Assembly (NCBI GenBank): GCA_965204735.1
Contig: OZ242008.1
Location: 2,176,001-2,240,000 of the forward strand
From: Longimicrobiales bacterium
Lineage (GTDB): Bacteria > Gemmatimonadota > Gemmatimonadetes > Longimicrobiales > Gaopeijiaceae
Direction: 5' to 3'
DNA: 64,000 nt
The position numbers and the translations under genes were made by a program. The stretch's first letter is position 1. Every line of letters begins with the position of its first letter. Under the pieces are notes generated by a model. That model did not search any database, was not told where the DNA came from, and worked only from the letters and a program-made list of their open reading frames with translations. Shown piece after piece: positions 26,574-35,465 of this stretch.

Positions 26574-28462
26574 GTGCGTCCCCCGCGAAGTCGTTCCAGC
26601 TCCCGGCGGGCGCCGGGGACCACCGGGCTCTCGGGGTGGGCCACGATCAGCTCCTCCAGGATCCGCGCCGCCTCTTCGCCGCCCTCGGGCCGGTCGGCGA
26701 GCCCCCTGGCCAGCTCCAGCGCCGCCTCGGCGAACTCGGGAGCGTCGGCGTGGTCGGCGACGATCGCGCGGCGGAACGCCGTCGCGGCACGGTCGAGCCC
26801 GGCGGCGGCGGCGGTTCGCGCCCCCATGGCCAGCACCGCGGGCCGGTCGGCTTCCGGGACGGCTTCGGCCCCGGCCTGCACGGCGCCGACGGCCTCCGCC
26901 GGGGCGCCCCGGTGCACCGCCACGGCCGCGCGAGCCACCACGAGAGCGCCGACGGGCGTGAGGCGGTCGAGGGTCAGGGCCAGGGCGAGCGCTTCGGTCG
27001 CTCGGGCGGGCTCCAGCTCCGGCAGGGACTCTTGCAGGGCGGCCGCTCCTTCGGCTATTGCGCCGCCTTCCAGAAGGAGGAACGCGCGCTCCAGGGCGGC
27101 GCCGGGCCCGTCGATGCCGGCGAGGACCTCCATCGCCCCGGCGACGTCGGCGCTCCGCATGAGACGGGAGGCCAGCGCCGCGGAGAGCCGGTCGAGCTCC
27201 TCGGCGTCCGGGAACTCGTCCCGGTAGCGGGCGAGCGCCTCGCGCACTTCCCGCACGTCGGAGGCGGCGACGCGCAGCGCCAGCTCCGCCGTCCAGGCCG
27301 CGCGCCGGGCGTCGGAGCCGGGCGGGTGCGAGGCCGTCACGCGCGAAAGGGCGCCCAGCGCCGCCGCCGTGTCCCCCGCCGCCAGGGCGACAGGGGCCAT
27401 GCGCTCGTCGGTGGCGCGGCGCTCCGCCTCGTCCCTCGCCGTCTCGCCCAGCCGAGAGTACGCCCACAGGGCGCTCCCGGGGCGGTTCAGCTCCTCGGCC
27501 CGGCGGGCGAAGCCGCGCAGGTAGCCCCGTCCCTCACGGTCGCCGAACCCCTCCAGCGCCGTCTCGGCCATCGTCCGGGCGTCGTCCTCCAGCCCTTCGC
27601 GCAGGGCGACCTCCGCCCCGACCTCCAGCTGCGACGCCGTGGCCGTCGGCGCCCCGAGCGCCGCCACCAGGGCCCCGGCGGCCCGCGCCCGATCCCCCGG
27701 CGCGCCCTCGCCCGGACCGTCGCCCAGCTCCTCCAGGCGGCGAAGCACGTCCCCGGTCCGAGCCCGGTCGCGCCCCAGCGCCTGCGCCCACGCCTCGGCC
27801 CCGGCCTCGAACCGCCCGGCGGAGACGTGCACGTCGCCCAGCGCGACCCAGAGCTCCGGCGGGCTTCCCAGCGCCCGCAAGCCGTCCTCGATCAGCGCCG
27901 CGGCCTCCTCCGCCTTGCCGGCCTCGAGGTAGGCGCGGGCGCCCTCCCGGTACGGCGCCGGCGACCCGGGAACGGCCCGCGCCCACGCGCTCGACGTCTC
28001 CTCCAGGGCGGCGAGCGAGTCGCCCTCGACCAGCGCCCGGAGCTTGAGGGACCAGACGGCGCCCGACGACGGGTCGGCCGCCAGGAACGCGTCGGCGACG
28101 GGCAGCACCGCGGCGAGCCGTCCCGCGCTCCGAAGGACGCGCTCCAGGGCCAGCACCGCCGAAGAGGCGTTCGGGCGCCGACGAAGGAGCTCGCGCAGCG
28201 TCTCCTCGGCGCCTGCCAACTCCCCGCGCGCTTCCTGGGCGGAAGCGTCCCGCAGCATCCGGTCCTCGACGCGGGGCAGCCGGCGCTGGCCCGCCCCCGC
28301 GGATTCGGGGACCACCGCAAGCCACCCGCCGACGCCGAGCGCCGCGGCCAGCAGGAGCCGCTTCGCCGCTCCGAGCGACCGGTGGGAGCCGGGCGGCGCC
28401 CCGCGACGGATCCAGCGAGAACGGCGGCCCGTCCGCCTCGGAGCCTCGGTCGAGGCCGTCAC
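26570..28462 (-). CDS. Tetratricopeptide-repeat protein, likely exported
   Basis: Hydrophobic N-terminal segment followed by Ala/Leu-rich helical TPR-like repeats (LGDVHV..GRFEAG; A..LEELIVAHPES). GTGA overlaps at both ends. Confidence 0.75.
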   Translation of the reverse strand: MTASTEAPRRTGRRSRWIRRGAPPGSHRSLGAAKRLLLAAALGVGGWLAVVPESAGAGQRRLPRVEDRMLRDASAQEARGELAGAEETLRELLRRRPNASSAVLALERVLRSAGRLAAVLPVADAFLAADPSSGAVWSLKLRALVEGDSLAALEETSSAWARAVPGSPAPYREGARAYLEAGKAEEAAALIEDGLRALGSPPELWVALGDVHVSAGRFEAGAEAWAQALGRDRARTGDVLRRLEELGDGPGEGAPGDRARAAGALVAALGAPTATASQLEVGAEVALREGLEDDARTMAETALEGFGDREGRGYLRGFARRAEELNRPGSALWAYSRLGETARDEAERRATDERMAPVALAAGDTAAALGALSRVTASHPPGSDARRAAWTAELALRVAASDVREVREALARYRDEFPDAEELDRLSAALASRLMRSADVAGAMEVLAGIDGPGAALERAFLLLEGGAIAEGAAALQESLPELEPARATEALALALTLDRLTPVGALVVARAAVAVHRGAPAEAVGAVQAGAEAVPEADRPAVLAMGARTAAAAGLDRAATAFRRAIVADHADAPEFAEAALELARGLADRPEGGEEAARILEELIVAHPESPVVPGARRELERLRGGRT

Positions 28463-31400
28463 CGGTCGCCGGCCGGCCGGGTCGAGCCGGCTTCGGCTTC
28501 CGGCTCGCCGTTCCGGTTCAGCCGCTCGAAGTAGCTGATCACGAGGGCGCGCTGGGCCGGCGGCAGCCTGCGCAGCGCCGCTCCGCTCGGAAGCCGGAAG
28601 CGCAGCACGTCCAGGTCGTCCTCGGTGAGCGGTCCGGCGTCCTCCCGCGAGAAGTCGCCGGGGGCCTCCGACTCTCGTTCCTCCGATTCCTCGTCGCGCT
28701 CCAGGGTGCGTCCCGCGTCCAGGAGACGGTGGAAGAGGCGCTCCTGACGCCGAAGCACCTCCGGGTCCAGACGTCCGCCGGCGAGCGCCTCCGCCAGCCG
28801 CTCGGCCTCTTCCGCCATCGCCGACAAATCTCCCAGCGGGTCGGCTTCGCCCTCTTCCTCGCCACCCTCGGACTCCGATATCTCGCCCAGCTCGCGGGCC
28901 ACGTCCTCCTGGCGGGCGGACATCTCCTCCACCTGCCGGCTCATCGTCTCTTCGCCCAGCCGCATCGGCGAGAGCGACGCCGCGTCCTGCATGATCTCGC
29001 CCTGCTGCTGGGCCAGCTGCTGAAGCTGCTGCATCATCTGCTCGGAGGCGGTCGCCGCGCCCTGGGACTCGCCCTGCCGCCCCGAGGTCATCGCCAAGCG
29101 GGCGACTTCGTTCAGCGCGCGGACCACCGCCTCCGCGCTGGCCGTCGGCGGCGGCCCCCGGCTGCGACGCCGCTCCATGGCCTCGACGGTGCGGTCGAGC
29201 TGCTCCATCGCTTCCCCGAGCGCCGTCATCAGGTCCCGAGCGCCGGGCGCCGCCATCTCCGTCTCCGCGGCGTAGTTCTCGGCCAGGTTGCGGACGCCCT
29301 GTGCGAGAGCCGCCTCGTCGCCCCGCAGCGCCGCCAGCTCCGACGCCGTGGCGCCCACCATCTCCCCCCGCAGCTCCGACTGGCGGCGGGCCAGCGAGAG
29401 CGCGTCCAAGGCGGTCCGGCCCAGCGCGTCTTGAAGCGCCTGCATCATCTGCTGCTGCATCTGCATCATCGCCTCGTTCAGCTCCTGGGAGACCTGCGCC
29501 ATCTCGCCCGCCGCCTCGCCAGCCTCCTCCGACGCGCTCCGGCTCTGCCCCTGCGACGCCATCCGGCCGGCCTGCGCCATCTGCCGACGGGCCTGGGACA
29601 GCTGGCGCCGCGCTTCCTGCACTCCGGCCCCTGCGTCCTGCTCCCCCGCTTCGGCCAAGCGCCGCTGCAACGCCTCCAGCTGTTCCTGAAGCTCTCCCGC
29701 GCGCCCTTCCAGCGCCGCCTGCTGCTCGGCCCGGAGCGCGTCGTCGCCCTCCTCGCCCATGGCTTCGGCCAGCAGCTCCTGCTCCTCCGCCAGCTCCTCC
29801 GCCTCCCGGCTGGTGGCCCGGAAGTCCTGGTCCAGCGCCGCCTGGCGGAACTGCTCGACCGACGCCTCCAGCCGCCGGCGCAGCTCCTCCTGGGCCGCCA
29901 CCATCTGCTCCAGGGCCTCCTGCAACGCCTCGGGGTCCATCTCCGACAGCCGCTCGATCTGCTGGGCCAGGGCGTCCCTCTGCTCGTCGGAGGCCGCGTC
30001 CTCCAGGAGCTCCTCCAGCCCCTCGATGCGGTCGCGCAGCTCCGGGTCCGCCGTTCCCGCGTCCCGAAGGGCCTCCCGCAGCTCGGCCAGCTCCCGCTGG
30101 AGCGAGTCCACCGCCGAAGTCACGCGCTGCTGCCGCTCCAAGGCCTGGGCGACTTCCTCCCGCGCCTCGAAGCCGTTCTCCTCTCCGCTTCGCCGGCCCT
30201 CGCCCTCGGCTTCGCTCCGGGACCGAAGCTCTCGGGCCTCCTGCTCCGCCCGCTCGGCCTCTTCCGCCAGCGACCGCACCTCTTCGGCGGCCCTGTCCAG
30301 CTCCTCCTGAGCGGCCCGCTCCACCTCCGAGACCTCCGGCGCCCGCAGGACGTGCTCGCGAGTCTCCGCGGTCTGCCGCGACGGATGGTTGTCCACCGAC
30401 CTGGCCCGATAGCGCACGACGTCGCCCGGCGAGAGCTTCCACTCCGACACGTCGAGCACAGGACGGACGATCGCTCCCTCCACGCCTCCCAGAGCCACGC
30501 CCCGCACCACGGGCTCGCCCGCTTCGCCGAAGGCGGCGACCCGGCGGGCCACGATCTCCACCCTTTCGACGCCGTAGTCGTCCTGAACCCGCACGACCAG
30601 CGGCTGGCGCATGTCGACGGGCAGGACCGTGTCGGGACCCGGGTACGCGATCTCGATCTGCGGCGGCCGGTCGGGCGACACCTCCAGCGCCAGCGGCTCC
30701 GGCGCGGTTGCGGCGCGGTCGCCCGCGGCGTCGCTGAACTCCCAGGAGTAGACGCCGGAGCGGGCAGGAGTCCACGACCCCTGGAAGCGCGGGCCGTCCA
30801 CGGCGAACGCCAGCGCCGTGCGTCCTTCCTCGTCCACCAGCGCGCCGCTGCCGATCGGGCGGCTCCCCTCGCCCCGGATGCGGAGCAGCGTGCCGGCGGG
30901 CAGCGCGAGCGGCGGCGCCTCGTTGCGATGCTCTTCGTCGGAGAGCCCGGTGTGCGGGGGGTAGGCCACCTCCAGCGCGAACGTCCCGACGAAGAGGGGG
31001 TCCACGGGCGTCAGGACGTGCACCGGGCTCTGGGCGCCGTCGGGCGCCTCGACCCAGTAGCGCGTCTCGGCGGCGACCGGCGGCAGGACCGACCGCCCTT
31101 CCCCATCGTCCAGAAGCACGGTTCGGGCGCCGGCCACCTGGCCCGTCGCGTCCCATCGCAGCACGACGCTGTCCCGCAGCGGCGCCCTCGCGACCACCTC
31201 CACGACCGCGCCCCGGCGCACCTCGACGGTGCCCGGCGCCAGCGACAAGGAGGGCAGGACGGGCTCGGCCAGCACCGCGAAGGGATGGAGGAGGCCGTTC
31301 CAGGCGCTGAAGGCGCGGGCCGGAGCCAGCGCTGCGACGAGCGCCACCAAGGGCGCCGCCAGCGCCAGCGACGCGCCTGCCCGCTTGGCCATCGTCTCGG

Positions 31401-31902
31401 CCCCCCGGCCCAGCTTGCCCGAGAGCGCCTTCGGACCGCCGTGAAGCCGGTCGCCGACCAAGTTCAGCGCCAGCTCGCGCAACCCGGGGGACGTGCCGTC
31501 GGGCGCGGAGCGGTACAGCTCCAGGCTCCCCAGCGTCGCGCCTTCGTCGAGCCCGGCCACGGCGTCCATGGCCCGGGTGATGCGATGGTCGGCGCCCCAC
31601 CACCTTCCCATCCTCCGCCACGCCGCGAAGCCGGTCGCGGCCACCGCCAGCGCCGCGGCGACCACCAGCAGGGGGACCGGGCTCCCGGGACTCCACCCGC
31701 TGCTCCCCGACAGCCAGGGGGCCAGCGCCATCAGCCCCAGGAGCGCCGAGCCGCACCATGCCGCGACTGCGACCGCCAGTCCCCGAAAGACGTGCCGCCG
31801 GACGTCCGCTACCGTCTGGCGGATGCGGGGCCCGGCCGGTCCGGGGCTCCGCCCGCTCCCCCCGACCCCGGCTTCCGCCTGCGTCCTTGCGCCTCGCCTC
31901 AC
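28459..31902 (-). CDS. DUF4175-like membrane-anchored protein with Ig domains and a long Gln/Glu-rich coiled coil
   Basis: Three N-terminal TM segments, YPPHTGL, DRPPQIEI, DDYGV, LSPGDVVRYRARSVDN, coiled coil, RQERLFHRLLDA, YFERL. Confidence 0.8.
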   Translation of the reverse strand: MRRGARTQAEAGVGGSGRSPGPAGPRIRQTVADVRRHVFRGLAVAVAAWCGSALLGLMALAPWLSGSSGWSPGSPVPLLVVAAALAVAATGFAAWRRMGRWWGADHRITRAMDAVAGLDEGATLGSLELYRSAPDGTSPGLRELALNLVGDRLHGGPKALSGKLGRGAETMAKRAGASLALAAPLVALVAALAPARAFSAWNGLLHPFAVLAEPVLPSLSLAPGTVEVRRGAVVEVVARAPLRDSVVLRWDATGQVAGARTVLLDDGEGRSVLPPVAAETRYWVEAPDGAQSPVHVLTPVDPLFVGTFALEVAYPPHTGLSDEEHRNEAPPLALPAGTLLRIRGEGSRPIGSGALVDEEGRTALAFAVDGPRFQGSWTPARSGVYSWEFSDAAGDRAATAPEPLALEVSPDRPPQIEIAYPGPDTVLPVDMRQPLVVRVQDDYGVERVEIVARRVAAFGEAGEPVVRGVALGGVEGAIVRPVLDVSEWKLSPGDVVRYRARSVDNHPSRQTAETREHVLRAPEVSEVERAAQEELDRAAEEVRSLAEEAERAEQEARELRSRSEAEGEGRRSGEENGFEAREEVAQALERQQRVTSAVDSLQRELAELREALRDAGTADPELRDRIEGLEELLEDAASDEQRDALAQQIERLSEMDPEALQEALEQMVAAQEELRRRLEASVEQFRQAALDQDFRATSREAEELAEEQELLAEAMGEEGDDALRAEQQAALEGRAGELQEQLEALQRRLAEAGEQDAGAGVQEARRQLSQARRQMAQAGRMASQGQSRSASEEAGEAAGEMAQVSQELNEAMMQMQQQMMQALQDALGRTALDALSLARRQSELRGEMVGATASELAALRGDEAALAQGVRNLAENYAAETEMAAPGARDLMTALGEAMEQLDRTVEAMERRRSRGPPPTASAEAVVRALNEVARLAMTSGRQGESQGAATASEQMMQQLQQLAQQQGEIMQDAASLSPMRLGEETMSRQVEEMSARQEDVARELGEISESEGGEEEGEADPLGDLSAMAEEAERLAEALAGGRLDPEVLRRQERLFHRLLDAGRTLERDEESEERESEAPGDFSREDAGPLTEDDLDVLRFRLPSGAALRRLPPAQRALVISYFERLNRNGEPEAEAGSTRPAGDR

Positions 31903-32720
31903 GAGCTCCACGCCCCCTGCGCCATCGCGAAGACGAAGATGTTCACGCCCATCCGCAGGGCCGCCTCCCGCGTCTCCTCCGGGTCCCGATGCACGTCGGC
32001 GTCTTCCCAGCCGTCGCCCAAGTCGGTTTCGTAGGTGTAGATCACGACGAGCCTGCCTTGGTGAAAGACGCCGAAGGCCTGCGGCGGGCCGCCGTCGTGC
32101 TCGTGCACCTTCGGAAGCCCGTCGGGAAAGTCGTAGGGCGACTTGAAGACCGGATGGTCCGACGACAGCTCCACGAGCTCCTTGTCCGGGAAGATCCGGG
32201 CGATCTCCAGGCGGAACGACTCGTCCATTCCGTAGTTGTCGTCGGCGTGGAGGAAGCCGCCGCCCAGCAGGTAGCGCCGCAGCGCCAGCCGCTCGTCGGG
32301 CGAGAAGCGGACGTTGCCGTGACCTGTCATGTACAGGAACGGGTAGTCGCGAAGCGAAGGGTCCTGGGGGCCGACCGGCACGTCCCGCTGCGCGGTGGGA
32401 ATGCCCGTCCGCTCCCGCACCGCCGCCAGCAAGTTGGGAAGCGAAGACGGGTTCGCGTACCAGTCGCCGCCCCCGTCGTACCGAAGGCGCGCGACGGTCG
32501 CGGGACCCGACGCCTGGGCGGCGGCGGGCGCGTCCACGGCGAAGAGGGCAGCCGCGCCGAGGGCAGCCGCGACGGTGCGTCGGGCCACGGCGGCGGGGGC
32601 GTCCCATGCGCTGCGGCTCCGCCTTAGCCTCGATGGCCAGCTTCGGCGTCGGGCCACGTCGGCGGCACGCGCCCGTTCACGTCCTGCTTCCCGATTCGTC
32701 CCATGCGCGCGGCCGCTCAC
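31899..32720 (-). CDS. DUF4159 domain protein
   Basis: ARLRYDGGGDWYANPSSLPNL, YPFLYMTGHG, GGFLHADDNYG, HDGGPPQAFG, TDLGDGWED, ALRMGVNI. Start uncertain. Confidence 0.9.
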   Translation of the reverse strand: MSGRAHGTNREAGRERARAADVARRRSWPSRLRRSRSAWDAPAAVARRTVAAALGAAALFAVDAPAAAQASGPATVARLRYDGGGDWYANPSSLPNLLAAVRERTGIPTAQRDVPVGPQDPSLRDYPFLYMTGHGNVRFSPDERLALRRYLLGGGFLHADDNYGMDESFRLEIARIFPDKELVELSSDHPVFKSPYDFPDGLPKVHEHDGGPPQAFGVFHQGRLVVIYTYETDLGDGWEDADVHRDPEETREAALRMGVNIFVFAMAQGAWSS

Positions 32721-32777
32721 GTCGTCAACGTCCTCGACTCGTGGCTGCGCGATCAGGTTCGTCCCATGCGCGCCCGC

Positions 32778-33644
32778 TCACGTCGCTTCCCTCGCCCGGC
32801 GAACCACGTCGTAGGCGTCGCCCCGGAGGAGCCCCGTCCGCTTCGCCAGCTCCTTGGCGGCCGCCGTCGGCGACAAGCCCTCGTCCAGGAGGCCGGCCGC
32901 CAGCTCGCGGGCTTCCCGGCGACCCATCTGTCGGCTCCCGGCCCGCCGCCCTTCGACCACCACGGTCGATTCGCCCTTGGGCGGCGTCTTCTTGAAGCGC
33001 AGCGCGACCTCCGCAGGGGCGCCCCGGACGACTTCCTCGTGGAGCTTGGTGAGTTCCCGGCACACTGCCACCCTTCGCCCGGCGCCCGCGCCTCCCGGCG
33101 GGGACTCCGCGAAGCGTTCCGCCAAGTCGTCCAGCAGCCCGGTCAAGCGAACCGGCGACTCGAAGAGCACGGTGGTGTCGGACGCGGCGGCGATTCGGTC
33201 CAGCATACGCTCCCGCCTCCCCGACTTGCGGGGCAGGAACCCCAGGAAAGTGAACGGGACGCAAGGTAGGCCCGAAGCGACGAGGGCCGCGAGAACCGCG
33301 GACGGCCCCGGCACCGGCACCACGTCGCCCCCTTCCGCCACCACGGCCCCCACGAGCCGCTCGCCCGGGTCCGAGAGCAGGGGCGTGCCCGCGTCGGAGA
33401 TCAGAGCGACGTCCGCGCCTCCGGCCAGCCAGCCGAGCACCGTGCCGATCCGGGACGCTTCGTTGTGGGCGTGCAGGGAGAGGGGACGGACGGACGAGCC
33501 GGCGTGGCGCAGGAGGATGCGCGCGCGCCGGGTGTCCTCCGCAAGCACGTGGGCCGCCGCCGTCAGGACTTCGGCCGCTCGGGTCGTCAGGTCGGACAGG
33601 TTCCCGATCGGCGTGGCCACGACGAAGAGCCGCCCGTCCGCCAA
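32778..33644 (-). CDS. rsmI: 16S rRNA (cytidine-1402-2'-O)-methyltransferase
   Basis: LFVVATPIGNLSDLT.RA, AEDTR, SDAGTPLLSDPG, PGPSA, FESP, RELTKLHEE, KGE. Confidence 0.96.
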   Translation of the reverse strand: MADGRLFVVATPIGNLSDLTTRAAEVLTAAAHVLAEDTRRARILLRHAGSSVRPLSLHAHNEASRIGTVLGWLAGGADVALISDAGTPLLSDPGERLVGAVVAEGGDVVPVPGPSAVLAALVASGLPCVPFTFLGFLPRKSGRRERMLDRIAAASDTTVLFESPVRLTGLLDDLAERFAESPPGGAGAGRRVAVCRELTKLHEEVVRGAPAEVALRFKKTPPKGESTVVVEGRRAGSRQMGRREARELAAGLLDEGLSPTAAAKELAKRTGLLRGDAYDVVRRAREAT

Positions 33645-33663
33645 CTTCAGCCGCCCCTCCGGA

Positions 33664-33996
33664 TCAGAGGTGCTCTTCGATCTTGCGCTTCAGAACGGCC
33701 TTGGGCACCGCTCCGACCACCGTGTCCACGGGCGCCCCGCCCTTGAAGAAGAGGATCGTGGGGATCGACCGGACCCCGAAGCGGATCGAGGTGGACTGGT
33801 TCGCGTCCACGTCGAGCTTGCCCACGCGAACCCGGCCCGCGTACTCGTCCGCCAAGTCGCTGACGACCGGGCCGACCATCCTGCACGGGCCGCACCACTC
33901 GGCCCAGAAGTCCACCAGCGCCAAGCCGTCGTGGCCTTCGATCTCTCCCGCGAAGTTGTCGTCCGTCACCGTCAGAACGTTCATGCCGTCCGCCAC
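33664..33996 (-). CDS. trxA: Thioredoxin
   Basis: VDFWAEWCGPC, KLDVD, VRSIPT. Confidence 0.97.
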   Translation of the reverse strand: MADGMNVLTVTDDNFAGEIEGHDGLALVDFWAEWCGPCRMVGPVVSDLADEYAGRVRVGKLDVDANQSTSIRFGVRSIPTILFFKGGAPVDTVVGAVPKAVLKRKIEEHL

Positions 33997-34155
33997 TTGC
34001 TTCCCTCCCTGGACCAGCTTGGTCCGGAGCCGTCGTTGTCTGGGTGCGGCGACGGCGAGCTCGGGCGCTCCGCCCGCTCCGCCGCCTCTCGTTGGATTGG
34101 GTATCGTAAGCTAACCGATTCGCCAGCCTGCTCACGCCCGAACCCGAACGAGCCC

Positions 34156-34557
34156 ATGGACGACTTGAAGTTCGACCACGTGGCCGTCGCCGCCTGTTCG
34201 TTCGGCGACGTGCTGCCTCTTCTCGAAGAGCTGGCCGGCGGGCCGGCCACGGCCGTGGAGCGGGTCGAGTCCCAGGGGGTGGACGTGCGCTTCCTCGACG
34301 CGCTGGAGGTGATCGTGCCCTTCGAGCCGGACAGCGGGGTCGCCCGGTTCCTGGAGCGCCGGGGCCCGGGACTCCATCACGTCGCCTACCGCACCGCGGA
34401 CGTGGCGGCCCTGATGAAGAGGCTGGCGGCCCGGGGCTTCGAGTTCACTTCGCCCGAGCCGATGAAGGGCCGGGGCGGGCACCGGATCGCCTTCCTTCAC
34501 CCCCGCTCGACGGGGGGAGTGCTGGTGGAGCTGGTGGAGAAGCCGCCCGTCCGGTGA
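34156..34557 (+). CDS. VOC family protein, methylmalonyl-CoA epimerase-like
   Basis: FDHVAVA, VESQGV, FLERRGPGLHHVAY, IAFLHPRSTGGVLVELVE. Confidence 0.88.
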   Translation: MDDLKFDHVAVAACSFGDVLPLLEELAGGPATAVERVESQGVDVRFLDALEVIVPFEPDSGVARFLERRGPGLHHVAYRTADVAALMKRLAARGFEFTSPEPMKGRGGHRIAFLHPRSTGGVLVELVEKPPVR

Positions 34558-34582
34558 GCGGCGAGGGAGCGCGGGCCGCCGG

Positions 34583-35200
34583 TCACCGGGTCAGGCGCTC
34601 CACTTCGATCTCCTGAACCAGCCACGAGCCGGTTCGGGCCAGGACCACGACGAAGGGCACCCCCGGCACCTCGCGCCCGCCCGTGCTCAGGTCCACGAGC
34701 ACGCGGACGGTCGGACGCTCCCTGCCGGCGACCTGCTCCTCGCCGCGCACTCGGTAGGCCGCCGGGTCCAGCACCGCGGCCAGCAGGTCCATGCGGAGCT
34801 CCACGTCGGCCCAGCGCGGGCACGCCTCCGCGAGTCCGACCCACGAGCCCAGCCGGCGAAGCGCGCAGCCCGCCGCGCCCCCCGTCTCGGCGACGGGGCC
34901 GTCCCCCGTCCCGAACGACCGGGCCATCCGGGTCAAGTCCCGGCGGGTGGCCGCCTCGAGAAAGGACTCGACGGCCTCCGAGGGTCCGGCGGGCGCTTCC
35001 GGCGTCTGGAGGCCCGGCGCGGGAGACGGCGTCCGGGCCGGCGTCGCACCGCCGCACGCCCAAGCGACCAGGGCGACAGCAAGCCGGACTCCGACGGCGA
35101 CCTGCGCCGCCGCCCTTCCCAGAGCCCGCGCTCCCCTGCTCTTCGCCGCACGCACGCTGTCGCGCTGGTCCTGCCGCCCGCTCGCCCCGATTCGCGTCAT
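34583..35200 (-). CDS. Hypothetical lipoprotein
   Basis: Lipobox-like AWAC, then AVESFLEAA..RDLTRM..FGT..GP and VPFVVV...WLVQEI. Start uncertain. Confidence 0.6.
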   Translation of the reverse strand: MTRIGASGRQDQRDSVRAAKSRGARALGRAAAQVAVGVRLAVALVAWACGGATPARTPSPAPGLQTPEAPAGPSEAVESFLEAATRRDLTRMARSFGTGDGPVAETGGAAGCALRRLGSWVGLAEACPRWADVELRMDLLAAVLDPAAYRVRGEEQVAGRERPTVRVLVDLSTGGREVPGVPFVVVLARTGSWLVQEIEVERLTR

Positions 35201-35465
35201 GACGCACTCCTTTGGAACCCAGTGCCGAGAGTCGCTCCGTTCGTCCTCGAAACGGATGCAACCTGCACGTCGGCGTCATCGCCGAGTCATGACGATGGGC
35301 GGCCGGGGGGCGGGCCTCTTGCAACCTACGACAAGCTGGACAAGGTTCTCCGGACGCACTCGGGCGTGGAAAGCGGCGCTCCTCTTCCGGGCTGCCGCAG
35401 CTTCCAGCCCACTTCCAGCCGGCAGGTCCCGGCCCACTTCCAGTTGACCGGCGAGCAAGCATCGG

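Noticed and set aside
25222..32607. Apparent giant fusions in the ORF track (DinG from 26313, TPR from 31759, DUF4175 from 32607)
   Set aside because: The N-terminal extensions overlap real upstream genes in other frames. True starts fall at GTGA stop/start overlaps.
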